Of a DNA stretch of 64,000 bases, positions 19,788 through 29,593 are shown piece after piece (position 1 is the stretch's first letter; every line of letters starts with the position of its first letter). A model generated the notes under the pieces. The model was not told the origin of the DNA. It worked only from the letters and a program-made list of their open reading frames with translations, and made no database searches. The position numbers and the translations under genes are program-made. Source of the stretch: a virus (taxonomy: Duplodnaviria; Heunggongvirae; Uroviricota; Caudoviricetes); IMG/VR virus record IMGVR_UViG_3300027851_000011; one strand, given 5' to 3'.

Positions 19788-20979
19788 TGCTCACCGCCGG
19801 CTGCATGCGCTTCGTCGCCAGCCAGCGGTGGTATCCAGCACGCGTGCGGATGCCCTTGTCGTCGATGGCAGCGTTGCTGAGGGCAGCGAGCTTCTTCAGG
19901 AATGAGAAAGCGTCAGCGACTTTCGGCTGCGGCGTCCCGTTGATGTGGCTGCCGACTGCGTTGCCAAGCACGCGCCCGCCGAGCCCACCAGCAACAGCGC
20001 CGCCGGCCGTGCCAGCTGCGCCGCCGAGGACAGCACCGACGTCGCCGCCGACGGCGTCTCCGCCGAGAGCACCCAGCGTTGCACCGCCAACAGCGCCAAG
20101 CGCAGCGCCCAGTCCGGTGCCCAGAGCACGACCCTTCATGTGGTAGTCGGGGTGCCGTGCTTCCGGCGTGTTCATGTTCTCAGTCGTGCGCTCGATGAAC
20201 GGCGTCTTCAGGCCCTCGCTCAGCGCGAGACCAGGGACCAGCGACTTGCTGTAGCCGAGCGCCATGCCTCCGAGGCTTGCATGCTTGGCGAGGTACGCGT
20301 CGAGTTCCTCGGGCGACATCTCGTAGATGGACTTCTCACGTGGGCGATTGGCGTTCTGCACTTCAGAGCCGATGACGGCACCAGCCGGGATGCCGAGCGC
20401 CGTGCCCATCACCATGCCGCGCGTGCGATCGGGACCCTCGTTGTACATCGCGCTGCCTGCACCGCCGCCGAGGATGCCACCGATCGCGCCGCCAGTCAGC
20501 GCACCAGACAGACCAGCAACCTTCGCGTGTTCCGTCGCCCAGAAGGCGAGCTTCGGGTTGCGACGGATGGCACGGTCTTCCACGGCCTCACGCTTCTCAC
20601 GGATCGGCTCAGCCAGCTCGTCAGCCTTGTTCTTCAGCGCACGGTGCCCCGCGATCAGACCGTAGGCCGTCGGCAGCGTCATGCCGCCGACGAGCGCACC
20701 AGTGCCGGCACCACCAACACCGTGCCAGATGGTGCGGCCGAGCGATTCACCGTCCTCGCTGCCGAGCGTCGCACCAAGCGTGGCGCCCAGCGTGCCGCCG
20801 GCCAGCTGGCCGATGGTGTTCCAGTTGCTGCCCTGGTCGAGAAGGTGCTTGCGCTGCTTCTTGTCGAGATCGCTGACGCTGGCACCGGGCGACAGCAGAT
20901 GTGCTGCCCCGAGCCCGACACCGTAGCCGGGACCGCCAGGGCCAATGGCCTCCTGAACGATGGGCGGGAGGTCAGGCAT
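19780..20979 (-). CDS. Gly-zipper putative virion protein (AFWATEHAKVA)
   Basis: Several GxxxG segments. Confidence 0.7.
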   Translation of the reverse strand: MPDLPPIVQEAIGPGGPGYGVGLGAAHLLSPGASVSDLDKKQRKHLLDQGSNWNTIGQLAGGTLGATLGATLGSEDGESLGRTIWHGVGGAGTGALVGGMTLPTAYGLIAGHRALKNKADELAEPIREKREAVEDRAIRRNPKLAFWATEHAKVAGLSGALTGGAIGGILGGGAGSAMYNEGPDRTRGMVMGTALGIPAGAVIGSEVQNANRPREKSIYEMSPEELDAYLAKHASLGGMALGYSKSLVPGLALSEGLKTPFIERTTENMNTPEARHPDYHMKGRALGTGLGAALGAVGGATLGALGGDAVGGDVGAVLGGAAGTAGGAVAGGLGGRVLGNAVGSHINGTPQPKVADAFSFLKKLAALSNAAIDDKGIRTRAGYHRWLATKRMQPAVSNA

Positions 20980-20985
20980 GGCTCT

Positions 20986-22884
20986 TCAGGCCGATGCAGT
21001 CTGCGGACGCGGAGCGCCGGCCAGCGCCATGCGCGCACGGTGCGCGTTGACGTCGTTCTTCGCGCCCTCGCGCCCGACGAGGTCCGCAGCGCCCAGGCCG
21101 CCGGCAGCGGCGCCGAGGCCCGCGCCGAGGGTGTGCGCCGAGACGTCACCGACCAGCGGGATCGGGGTGCTGCTCGGAGCGATGCCGGACTCGGTCAGCG
21201 CGTCGGCGCCCATGCCGCCCAGCTCGCTGCCGGCCAGTGCGCCCATGCCGCCGAGCCCGACGGCCATCAGGCCACGGCCCAGGCCGCCGCTGCCCGCAGC
21301 CACGGCCTTCTCGCGGTCAGTCAGCTCGGGGTGGCCAGCGATGAAGCCCTGCCGGCCGATGTGCGAGCCAGCCACGCCAGCAGCCAGTGGCGCTGCGATG
21401 GGCGTGCCGAGCGCAGCGCCGCCGGCCAGCGCGCCAGCGCCGCCGCCGATGATGTCAGAGCCCATGCCGGCGAGCTTGAACAGCTCGGTGGCCCAGGCTT
21501 CGTCATCGGTGCCGATCAGGTCCTCGAACTCAGCGGTCTTGGGCGTGGTCGAGGTGACCGGGTTGCTGTAGCCAGCGTAGCCGCCGAGCGCCGCACCGGC
21601 GAGCGCGCCGGGCAGAGCGAACGAGTGGATGTTCTGATGCTGCGGGCCGATGAAGCCGTCCGGGTTCTTCGTGGCGAAGTCCTTCTTGAACTTCGAGCCC
21701 GTGTAGCCGCCAGCGAGCGCACCGAGGCCCGCGCCGACCAGTGCACGGCCCCAGTGCGGGTTGTCGTGGTGTGCCTCGAACTGCGGATCAGCACGCGACG
21801 GATCGTCGCTGATGATGTCGCCGACCTGCTGCTCGACGTGCTCCTGGCCCGCATTGCGCGCACCGAGGTAGCCGCCCAGTGCAGCGCCGCCGACGCCGCC
21901 GGCCAGCGCGCCGCCGAGGCCGCGCGCCAGCGGGCCACCGACGTTGTCGATGGCGTGCGAGGCCGCGAGGCCAGCATTCTGCACCGGGGTCTGGCCCAGC
22001 GGAGCCATGGTCGACGTGTCGCGGCCCTTGGCCGTCATCACGCCAGCGAGGCCACCGAGCGCAGCGCCGCCAAGGCCGCCGAGCAGCGCACCGCCGATGC
22101 CCTTGCCGCGACCAGCGACAGCAGCGCCCACATGGCCGCGCATCGCATCGGCTTCGTCCTTCGAGATGAGGCCCTTGTTCAGCGCATCCTGGATCTTCTG
22201 CTCGACACCCTGCGCGTAGGCACCGCCGCCGACTGCCGCATCGGTGACCGAGTAGTCGTCGCCGAGCATGGCCTGCGTGCCGTGCGAGCTGAGGTTGCCA
22301 CCGACGTAGCCACCAGCGAGGCCGCCGCCGAGAGCACCGATGCCCGAACCAGCGAGGCGACCGATGGTGCTGCCGACCGGGTTGGGCGAGAGCTTGGCAC
22401 CCAGCTGGCCACCGTAGTAGCCGCCAGCGAGGCCGCCGCCGGCCATACCCGCGACGGCACCGCCGCTGCCGTCCATGACGTTGCGCAGCGAGAAGGCGAT
22501 CTTGACGTCTTCATCGTTGTCTTCGTCGTCACGGCAGCCGAAGACATCGAGCGGGAGCAGAGTGGTGGTCATGGAAGATGCCTTTGCTTGATCTTGTGGG
22601 AATAGCGTACTCGCGAGACGGCCGAGTCCAAGGCCCTGGAGAGCCTGAGCGAACCCTTCGCGCCACGGGGTCGATGCGCCGGACCAGCTCTGCCAGTCCT
22701 GTGGCTGCGCAGTGTTGATGCCTTCGGTGCCTTTCGAGAGGCAGTAGGTGTAGCCGTTCTCGTACTCCGCAGCACGCTGTGGATCGAGCTTGCCGTACGG
22801 GTTGGCAGTGAGCGTAGGCGACGGCGAATCACCACGCGGATGATCCTCGCCGCCCGACGCGCGCTCAGTTGCCTGGACCGGCAT
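20986..22884 (-). CDS. large Gly-zipper putative virion protein (AWATELFKLA)
   Basis: 632 aa with at least five Gly-zipper stretches; start could be the ATG near 22572. Confidence 0.7.
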   Translation of the reverse strand: MPVQATERASGGEDHPRGDSPSPTLTANPYGKLDPQRAAEYENGYTYCLSKGTEGINTAQPQDWQSWSGASTPWREGFAQALQGLGLGRLASTLFPQDQAKASSMTTTLLPLDVFGCRDDEDNDEDVKIAFSLRNVMDGSGGAVAGMAGGGLAGGYYGGQLGAKLSPNPVGSTIGRLAGSGIGALGGGLAGGYVGGNLSSHGTQAMLGDDYSVTDAAVGGGAYAQGVEQKIQDALNKGLISKDEADAMRGHVGAAVAGRGKGIGGALLGGLGGAALGGLAGVMTAKGRDTSTMAPLGQTPVQNAGLAASHAIDNVGGPLARGLGGALAGGVGGAALGGYLGARNAGQEHVEQQVGDIISDDPSRADPQFEAHHDNPHWGRALVGAGLGALAGGYTGSKFKKDFATKNPDGFIGPQHQNIHSFALPGALAGAALGGYAGYSNPVTSTTPKTAEFEDLIGTDDEAWATELFKLAGMGSDIIGGGAGALAGGAALGTPIAAPLAAGVAGSHIGRQGFIAGHPELTDREKAVAAGSGGLGRGLMAVGLGGMGALAGSELGGMGADALTESGIAPSSTPIPLVGDVSAHTLGAGLGAAAGGLGAADLVGREGAKNDVNAHRARMALAGAPRPQTASA

Positions 22885-23372
22885 TACCAGTGCTCTCCAC
22901 CGTACGTGAAGAGGATGCCGTACTCGCTCGCCATGCCCTGGCCATTGAGCGCAGCCATGACGTTCATCGACACCTTCTGGTTCACCTTCTTCTGCTCGTA
23001 GTCCTGGTAGAAGGTGTTGACCCAGCCGCTGTATTCGCCGGCCTTCGCGTGGTCATCAGCGCTGGTGCCGCCGTCCTGCGAAGGCATGTGCTCACGGCTG
23101 TGCCAGATGCCAGCGCTCGTGAGCGCCATGCACGCCGCGCACTGAAGAAGCAGGTACTTGTTCGGGTGCGTGGCGAGGTTGATCGGCGGCAGCGGCGGAG
23201 GCGTCATGTTCCAGTCCATCACCGCTTGGATGATGCACTGCTTCAGCTCTTCGTCGTTGCTCTCGTAGCGCCCGAGCAGCAGACGATTCAGCTCCTTCTT
23301 GTCGCGGATCATGTGCCGCAACGAGCGAGCTGCGCGTGCGAGGCGCTCATCGTCTGACAGTTCGAGCGGCAT
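22884..23372 (-). CDS. putative head-tail adaptor
   Basis: 162 aa, predicted helical, downstream of the capsid gene. Confidence 0.5.
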   Translation of the reverse strand: MPLELSDDERLARAARSLRHMIRDKKELNRLLLGRYESNDEELKQCIIQAVMDWNMTPPPLPPINLATHPNKYLLLQCAACMALTSAGIWHSREHMPSQDGGTSADDHAKAGEYSGWVNTFYQDYEQKKVNQKVSMNVMAALNGQGMASEYGILFTYGGEHW

Positions 23373-23375
23373 GAC

Positions 23376-23870
23376 TTACTTCTTGTTCTTCTTGAACTTG
23401 GCCAGCGGATCGACGGCCGGGACTTCGGCTTTCGGCTCCGGCTGAGCAGTGGCAGCGGGCGCTTCGGGAGCGGCGGGTTCAGCCGGCTTCTCGGCCTCCG
23501 GCGCGACCGGCTTTTCGGCAGCCGGAGCTTCGGGCGCCGGGGCCTCAGGAGCCTGAGCCTCAGGAGCCTTCGGGGCCTCGGGCTCGACGGGCGGCTTCTC
23601 GTCCTTCGGCTCGACGGGCGGCTTCTCGTCCTTCGGCTTGCTCTGCGGCGGCACGCCGCGCATGTTGACGATCGTCAGCTCGATGACGCTGCCGGCGGCA
23701 GCGTTCTTCGCCGAGTCCCAGAGCCGGTTCGCGGCGCGCTCGGTCAGCTCGTCGAAGTTCACTTCGAGCGTCTTGCCGGCGTCGATCGTCACGATCTCGG
23801 CGAGGTTGACAGCCGTTTTGGTGAGGTTCTTGAGGGAGGCGACGAGGGGGATGTCGCGGCGGAGGGGCAT
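23376..23870 (-). CDS. hypothetical protein with Pro/Ala/Glu-rich tail
   Basis: AGGA RBS; internal duplication. Confidence 0.65.
   Translation of the reverse strand: MPLRRDIPLVASLKNLTKTAVNLAEIVTIDAGKTLEVNFDELTERAANRLWDSAKNAAAGSVIELTIVNMRGVPPQSKPKDEKPPVEPKDEKPPVEPEAPKAPEAQAPEAPAPEAPAAEKPVAPEAEKPAEPAAPEAPAATAQPEPKAEVPAVDPLAKFKKNKK
23581..23634. repeat. 27-bp in-frame tandem duplication (PKDEKPPVE x2)
   Basis: GGCTCGACGGGCGGCTTCTCGTCCTTC occurs twice in tandem. Confidence 0.9.
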
Positions 23871-23943
23871 GTCGTTTTTCCTTTCGGTGACAGGAGCTGA
23901 GTTTAGACGAGGCCAGCGAACGCGCCAGCGGGAACGAGGGCCT

Positions 23944-23980
23944 AGAAACGAGCAACCCCTGGCTTGCGCCAGGGGTTGCT
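23944..23980 (-). terminator. hairpin/terminator after the major capsid gene
   Basis: 12-bp AGCAACCCCTGG/CCAGGGGTTGCT stem; short T run on the - strand. Confidence 0.55.
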
Positions 23981-24004
23981 ACTCCATTCAGATCGACAGA
24001 CGAC

Positions 24005-24928
24005 TCAGGCAGCCAGCGAGACGCGGGCGATGCCGTTGTTGTTGCCGAGGCCCATGCCGATGTACTCCCAGGCCATGAACTCGATGGTGTTGAACACCTT
24101 GCGCACGCCGAACTTGGTGCTGTCGAGCACCAGGAAGCGGCCGAGGGCCTTCTCGTCGGCGAACCCGTAGATGGTCGGGTTGCCGTTGGCGTCCTTCAGC
24201 ATGTCGGCCTTGATGGTCACGATCAGCTTGCGGCCCGCCCAGTTGTAGTACTTGTAGCCCTCGACGGTGACTTCCTTCAGCAGGTCGCTGCCGAGATCCT
24301 GGTAGTCGAAGTCCAGGATGTCGTTGAAGGTGGTCACGCTCATCAGGATGGTCGAGCAGCGCAGGCGCTTGCTCTCGATCTTGTTGATGAGGCGCTTCAC
24401 CGCGTTCTTGGTCAGCTTCTGGCCGGTGCCGGCGACGGCCTCGGTGTTGCCCGCAGCGGTGGCGGCGGCCTCCGCGTACTTCAGGAAGAACGAGTCCTCG
24501 GTCTCTTCGATCTCGCGGACGACGTTTTCCTCGATCACCTTGGTGACCGGCTGAGTCGAGGCCAGCAGCTCGATCTCCTTCTTGGCGTACATGTCGCTGG
24601 AGATCTCGAAGATCGGGATCTCGTAGCGCGGGGTGCTGATGTACTGGCTGTCCGGCTCGGCCTTGAAGTTGATGGCCTTGGCCGGGCCGACGTGCACTTC
24701 CTTCTCGTCGATGAAGACGAGCTGGTCGTGGTCGACGCTGTTCTTCAGGTCGTACCGGGTGACGGTACGCGGGGTGAGAATCTGACGAGCGAACGAACGC
24801 TCGCGCAGCTTCTCGGCGATGAAGAGGCCCGCAGCTTCGGCCAGCTTCGCGTTGTTGGGACCGTTCAGCTCGCGCACGAAAGTCGTGGCGTCATTCTTGA
24901 ACAGGTCGAGGTACTGTGCTCCGCTCAT
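24005..24928 (-). CDS. major capsid protein (HK97-like, inferred)
   Basis: 307 aa; extreme codon bias; SFARQILTP...EIPIFEI...FMAWEYIGMGLGN pattern; follows the protease and scaffold-like genes. Confidence 0.8.
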   Translation of the reverse strand: MSGAQYLDLFKNDATTFVRELNGPNNAKLAEAAGLFIAEKLRERSFARQILTPRTVTRYDLKNSVDHDQLVFIDEKEVHVGPAKAINFKAEPDSQYISTPRYEIPIFEISSDMYAKKEIELLASTQPVTKVIEENVVREIEETEDSFFLKYAEAAATAAGNTEAVAGTGQKLTKNAVKRLINKIESKRLRCSTILMSVTTFNDILDFDYQDLGSDLLKEVTVEGYKYYNWAGRKLIVTIKADMLKDANGNPTIYGFADEKALGRFLVLDSTKFGVRKVFNTIEFMAWEYIGMGLGNNNGIARVSLAA

Positions 24929-24948
24929 GGTGTAGTTCCTTTTCCTGT

Positions 24949-25437
24949 TCAGTTGCCGAGGGTACGGGCGACGAGGCGAGCGGCCGAGACCGACTCGACG
25001 ATCGCGATCTTGGCACCCTCAGGGTCGGTGCCGTCGACCCACTTGACCAGACGGCCACCGGCGTCGACCGCCAGTGCATCGCCGACGGCGAGGCCGGTGG
25101 CGACGAAGCCGACCGGGGTCACGCTGAAGACGAAGATGCCGTAGGCCAGAGCGACCTGATTCGCCGCGACCGCCGAAGGCAGCGAGACGAGGTTGGTCGG
25201 ATCGGTCGGCAGGAACGGCGCGGCGCCAGCGAAGTCGCCGGCAGCGAGGCCCTGCTTCACGGTCTGGAGACCCTCGACGACCAGATAGGCGCCGGGAGCG
25301 CCGGCAGCGGGGAGGACCGCTTCGCCGGACGAGTTGAGGGCGACCCAGCGGCCTTCGAGCACCTTGATGCCCGAGGCGACCGGCTTCGACCGGATGTTCA
25401 CGTCAGTGAACGGGGTGAGAAGGTTGAGTTCCTTCAT
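24949..25437 (-). CDS. putative capsid decoration/cement protein
   Basis: 162 aa directly upstream of the capsid gene; GDALAVDAGGRL segment. Confidence 0.55.
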   Translation of the reverse strand: MKELNLLTPFTDVNIRSKPVASGIKVLEGRWVALNSSGEAVLPAAGAPGAYLVVEGLQTVKQGLAAGDFAGAAPFLPTDPTNLVSLPSAVAANQVALAYGIFVFSVTPVGFVATGLAVGDALAVDAGGRLVKWVDGTDPEGAKIAIVESVSAARLVARTLGN

Positions 25438-25462
25438 GGTGTTGATCCTTGATGGCGAAAGC

Positions 25463-25843
25463 TCAAGCGAGCTGTCGCAGGGTGGTGGTCAGGGGGTCCA
25501 GCTTCTCTCCACCGTTGCTGACGGCACTCGTCTTTGCAGACCCCTGGAGTTCACCAGGAGAGAGGTCGAACAGGTCGTCGACTGACGCGAGCCGGACAGA
25601 TCCGGTCTTGATCAACTGTCGGGCGGTGTCGAGAACGTCGGAGACGTCCACAGCACCGTCCTGCGCGAGCTTCACCGCCTGGACCAACGCTGCCGCATAC
25701 TTAGCACTCTCAAGGTGCGCCGTATGCAGTTCGCCAATCAAGCGACTCTGCTTCTCGATGAGATGGGCAGCCGCTGCGATCTTGCGCGCGTCGACCGTAT
25801 CGCTCGGAGCGTCGATCGTCAAGTTGTTCTGCGCATGTGGCAT
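25463..25843 (-). CDS. hypothetical head-module protein
   Basis: Operon-packed ORF containing KLAQ and KTSA. Confidence 0.6.
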   Translation of the reverse strand: MPHAQNNLTIDAPSDTVDARKIAAAAHLIEKQSRLIGELHTAHLESAKYAAALVQAVKLAQDGAVDVSDVLDTARQLIKTGSVRLASVDDLFDLSPGELQGSAKTSAVSNGGEKLDPLTTTLRQLA

Positions 25844-25858
25844 GGCTGTGAGAGGATC

Positions 25859-26137
25859 CTACGCGACCAGCAGGTTGAGCGCAACGCGGACGATGTGGCG
25901 GGCCTCCGCCACCTTCTGCGCACGTGCGGCGGTCTTCTTCGCGACGAGCTGCTTCAGCTCGCTCTGCTTCGCTGCGGCTTCGACCTGGAGATCGCCGACA
26001 CGGGCAGCGAGCGACGCGCTCTTGTCGCTGGGCTTCGCACTCGCAGCCTTCACGGCCTTCGTGCGAGCTGCGGTTTTGGCGAGCAGCCTGTCGACGTTGT
26101 CGAGCAGCTTCTCATGTTCAGCGCGTGCATCGAACAT
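25859..26137 (-). CDS. hypothetical helical protein
   Basis: Ala/Lys-rich; KTAA occurs twice. Confidence 0.6.
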   Translation of the reverse strand: MFDARAEHEKLLDNVDRLLAKTAARTKAVKAASAKPSDKSASLAARVGDLQVEAAAKQSELKQLVAKKTAARAQKVAEARHIVRVALNLLVA

Positions 26138-26148
26138 AGGTCAGTTCC

Positions 26149-27171
26149 TTACTGGACGGAGGCAGGCGCCGACGCCTGCTGGGGGAGGCCGCCCTGCGGC
26201 GTGAGGCCAGCGCGCTGACGAGCGGCGGCGATGTAGCGCTCGCGCTCCTGGCGCTGCTTGCGCTTGTGGAGGAAGTACATGGCGCCCAGGCCGAGCGCAG
26301 CGCCACCGCCGACGATCAGGCCCTTGTTCTTCTGCGCGAAGCCCAGGAACTTGTTGTCGGAGACGCCGTTCACCTTGTCGCGAGCGTGCGAGAAGATCTG
26401 GTCCATCGTCAGCTGCTTCGGGCCAGTCGGGTTGTTCTGCGCGGCCGAGGCGATCTCGCCGGCATGATGGTAGAACTCGCGCGCCTGCTCCTTCGGAACG
26501 TAGCGATCGACGATGCCTTCGCCGTGGCTCTTGTGCGCGCTCGGGTCCAGGGCCGGCGAGACCGCAGCGCCGAGCGCCGCGTGCATCGTGTCCGGGTGGT
26601 AGCCCAGTGGGCCGGCGTCGCCGTTGTTCTTGTGCGCTTCGGCGAGGATCGCCTGCACGCGCTCGTGCGCGTTGGCGCCCATGGCCTTGGCGTTCTGCAT
26701 CGCATCGGCGGTCGAGGGGGCAGTAGGCTGTGCCGGGCCAGAGCCAGCCGCAGCGTCCTTCTCCATGTCGAGCGCGGGCAGGTGCGAGAACGCGGCGATC
26801 TTGATGGCATCGTCGACCTCGACATCGAGGTCGAACTCGTCGATCAGCTCCATCACCGCCTTCTCGGTGGCGACGCGGAGAGCGGTGGCGATCTTCGTGG
26901 CCGTGGCCTCGACAGTCGCGCGGTGCTCGATCCACGATGAAGCGATCTTGAAAGCGTCGGTGAGGCGTTCGGCCTCGGTTGCATACTCGATCCCGTCGAG
27001 GATCGACTGGTCACGAACCTGCTTGGCGAGCGCCGCGAGCTGCGGATCGACGCCGTTGGCTTCGGCCATCTTCACCATGTCCGGCTGCTGCGACACGTCG
27101 AAGCCAGCCTGCTTCAGCGTCTCGGCGTAGAACTCGGAGAGGGAGAGGTCCATGTCGATCTGGGTGTCCAC
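26149..27171 (-). CDS. hypothetical head-module protein with C-terminal hydrophobic segment
   Basis: AGGAG RBS; GLIVGGGAALGLGAMYFL. Confidence 0.65.
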   Translation of the reverse strand: MDTQIDMDLSLSEFYAETLKQAGFDVSQQPDMVKMAEANGVDPQLAALAKQVRDQSILDGIEYATEAERLTDAFKIASSWIEHRATVEATATKIATALRVATEKAVMELIDEFDLDVEVDDAIKIAAFSHLPALDMEKDAAAGSGPAQPTAPSTADAMQNAKAMGANAHERVQAILAEAHKNNGDAGPLGYHPDTMHAALGAAVSPALDPSAHKSHGEGIVDRYVPKEQAREFYHHAGEIASAAQNNPTGPKQLTMDQIFSHARDKVNGVSDNKFLGFAQKNKGLIVGGGAALGLGAMYFLHKRKQRQERERYIAAARQRAGLTPQGGLPQQASAPASVQ

Positions 27172-27212
27172 GGTGTGCTCCTGCGGTTCGTTTTCGTTTT
27201 CGGAGAAGGCTC

Positions 27213-27243
27213 GGGGCGCGACAGAACGAATCTGTCGCGCCCC
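27213..27243. terminator. intergenic 13-bp hairpin
   Basis: GGGGCGCGACAGA/TCTGTCGCGCCCC. Confidence 0.5.
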
Positions 27244-27263
27244 GTTCCAATCACTTCTTCAGC

Positions 27264-28106
27264 TCAGGCGCCGGGGCCCTTGCCCTGGTCCACGGCCTGA
27301 CCGTGGTTCAGGCCGGGGTTGTTCGGCAGGGTCCAGACGTCGACGAAGCGCAGCACCTTCTCGTCGATGCCGGAGGTGCCCTTGCGGGTGCCCTCGATGG
27401 CCTCGATGTCGCGGGTGGTGCTGGTGTTCGCGTTCTGGTCCGCGACCTGGGTGACAGCCGAGACGTCGGTCTTGGCAGCGGTGCCGAGCAGGCCACCGAT
27501 CAGGGCGGGCGAGGACACGGCAGCCTGGAGCTGCTCGGCGCGCTTCACGATGACCGAGACGTCGCAGCCGGTGGTGGGCGCCACGGCGGCGGCCTCCTGG
27601 AGCGACATCTCACCGGAGGCGAGCTTGTAGGCGCACGACTCGCGCACCATGCCCTGGTAGAAGAGGGCGCCGCGCAGGCGCTCTTCCTCGGCGCGCTTCT
27701 CCAGGTACGCGACCTTGTTGGCCTCAGCGGTCTTGGCCGCGCCCTGCACCATGGCCTCGGCGACCTTGGGATCGGCGACGGTGATGCCGCGCTCTTCGAG
27801 CCACTTCTGGGCGGCAGTCTTCTCGGCGCTCTTGCCAGTGTCCTGGGCGGGAGCGTCGGTGCTCTTCTTGGGCAGCTCGTGGCCGCCAGCAGGCTCGGTG
27901 GTCGCCTGGGCGCTGGAGCCGGCGGTGGCGGTGGCGTCCTCGGCCTTCTTCACCGGGGCAGCGGCCGGGGCGGCAGCGACCTTGGCGGGGGTGGTCTTGG
28001 ACGGCGCGGCAGCGGCGGCCTTGGCGGGCGCGGCGGCAGCGGCGGGAGCAGCGGCGGTCTTGAGACCGTTCGCGGCGAGGAAGTCGGAGAGGGTGCGAGT
28101 ACCCAT
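27264..28106 (-). CDS. putative scaffold/head-assembly protein
   Basis: Ala-rich, strong codon bias, many KTA motifs; next to the protease. Confidence 0.5.
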   Translation of the reverse strand: MGTRTLSDFLAANGLKTAAAPAAAAAPAKAAAAAPSKTTPAKVAAAPAAAPVKKAEDATATAGSSAQATTEPAGGHELPKKSTDAPAQDTGKSAEKTAAQKWLEERGITVADPKVAEAMVQGAAKTAEANKVAYLEKRAEEERLRGALFYQGMVRESCAYKLASGEMSLQEAAAVAPTTGCDVSVIVKRAEQLQAAVSSPALIGGLLGTAAKTDVSAVTQVADQNANTSTTRDIEAIEGTRKGTSGIDEKVLRFVDVWTLPNNPGLNHGQAVDQGKGPGA

Positions 28107-28195
28107 GGCTGTAGATCCTTGGTGGACTGGTTGGTGGTCAGGGAGACGCCCGATGCGTTTCGCCTTCTGTCCCTCTGGAGACCGAGAAGCAACCG

Positions 28196-29593
28196 TTAGT
28201 CGGTCGCGATCCCGGCAAAAGCCAGATAGTACATCGCAGCTTGCACGCGGTTCGGATCAGGGCTTCCTTCGGGGGCGATCAGGGTCCGCAGGGCGGGGTT
28301 AAGATGCGCCGACTTCTGGAAGCCGTCGAGAGAGAAAGAGCTGATCAGGCGGCGGTAGTAGGAGTAGAGGTCGACGACCTCTTCGGGTGCTCCTTGGCTC
28401 GCCATCTTCTGTGGTTCCCAGCCCGAGAGCGGGGATGAAGTGACGAAGCCTGACCGCGCGCTGATCTTTGTCAGGTGGGCATGGTACAGGGCGTTGGAGA
28501 AGTTGTCCAGCGACACGCGAACCGGCGCAACCAGTTCAGCATCCTTCTGGAGAGCGTCTTCATCGCCGTGTTCGGTGGCATGAATGGTCAGCTGCGACAG
28601 TTCGGCAGGCGACAGAACGACGCCAGATGCAGCCAGCGTCGAGATGACTTCGTTGATGTCGCCGCCGCACTGCTCGATCATCTGCTTCAGCTCGTCGGAG
28701 CTGAACGGTTCAGGCTCGGTATCAGCCTGCATCGCCGGCCGGTTCTCGGGCCGCAGATCGTTGACCGTCGTGCCACCGACTTCCTTGTCGATCTCGGACC
28801 ACTTGATGCGCCATGCTGCCGTCTTGGTCCGGTCGAGGATGTCGTAGGCCGTGTTCTTCGAGAGCGACATGCTGACGAATCCGCGCGACGCGACCTTGCC
28901 CTGCGACAGAGCGATCGGGTCAGCCGGGATCGTCACCTTGCTGATGTCGAAGAAGCGCGGCTTGAAGTTGTCCGCAGCGATCAGCCGGCCGTCCGGCATG
29001 ATCTCGTTCATCAGATCACGAAGGTGCGAGCACCGCTGCGACGTGAACTCGTTCTCGTGGCCACAGTAGATGCACCGCTCGTGGTGGATGCGGCAGCCCA
29101 TCGACACGGGGATGATGCCGCCATCGTCGATGATGCTGGCCGAACGCGGATCACGATCGCGGTGGATGCGAATGATCAGCTCGACGCGCCGCATCGGGAT
29201 GTTCCACGCTGCGAGCGGAACGTCACCGAACCAGGGGTCGTAGTCGCTGTTGGCGTGGTGGTGGAAGAACTTCGCGGTCTCGAAGGTCTTGTAGCGCGGC
29301 ACGCTCAGCCCGCGCAGCTGGTCGACGTTCTTCTCGACTTCGTCTGGCTCCTGCATGCCCAGCAGCTCGTCGGCGCGGAAGATGTCGCCGTTGAGGTTGC
29401 TGCCATACGTCGGTCCATCGCTCATCGCGATGGTGTGCATGTAGCAGTAGCGCGGATCAGGACGAACGGTGTTGATGAAGTCCTGGATCTCAGGCGGGAC
29501 GTAGGCTTCGGGCTCGAAGCTGGCGAACTTCGAACGCTGGTCGATCGAGGACGCGACCTTGAAGTTGGCGTGGATGCGCTTCTCGATGCTCAT
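28196..29593 (-). CDS. putative prohead protease with zinc-finger insertion
   Basis: VSMG followed by CIYC...C and FFDISKVTIPAD, resembling the S and EiSxVxxPA motifs of HK97-type prohead proteases. Confidence 0.65.
   Translation of the reverse strand: MSIEKRIHANFKVASSIDQRSKFASFEPEAYVPPEIQDFINTVRPDPRYCYMHTIAMSDGPTYGSNLNGDIFRADELLGMQEPDEVEKNVDQLRGLSVPRYKTFETAKFFHHHANSDYDPWFGDVPLAAWNIPMRRVELIIRIHRDRDPRSASIIDDGGIIPVSMGCRIHHERCIYCGHENEFTSQRCSHLRDLMNEIMPDGRLIAADNFKPRFFDISKVTIPADPIALSQGKVASRGFVSMSLSKNTAYDILDRTKTAAWRIKWSEIDKEVGGTTVNDLRPENRPAMQADTEPEPFSSDELKQMIEQCGGDINEVISTLAASGVVLSPAELSQLTIHATEHGDEDALQKDAELVAPVRVSLDNFSNALYHAHLTKISARSGFVTSSPLSGWEPQKMASQGAPEEVVDLYSYYRRLISSFSLDGFQKSAHLNPALRTLIAPEGSPDPNRVQAAMYYLAFAGIATD

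Noticed and set aside
19945-22605. 886-aa + strand ORF
   Set aside because: Antisense shadow of the Gly-rich genes; no motif or RBS.
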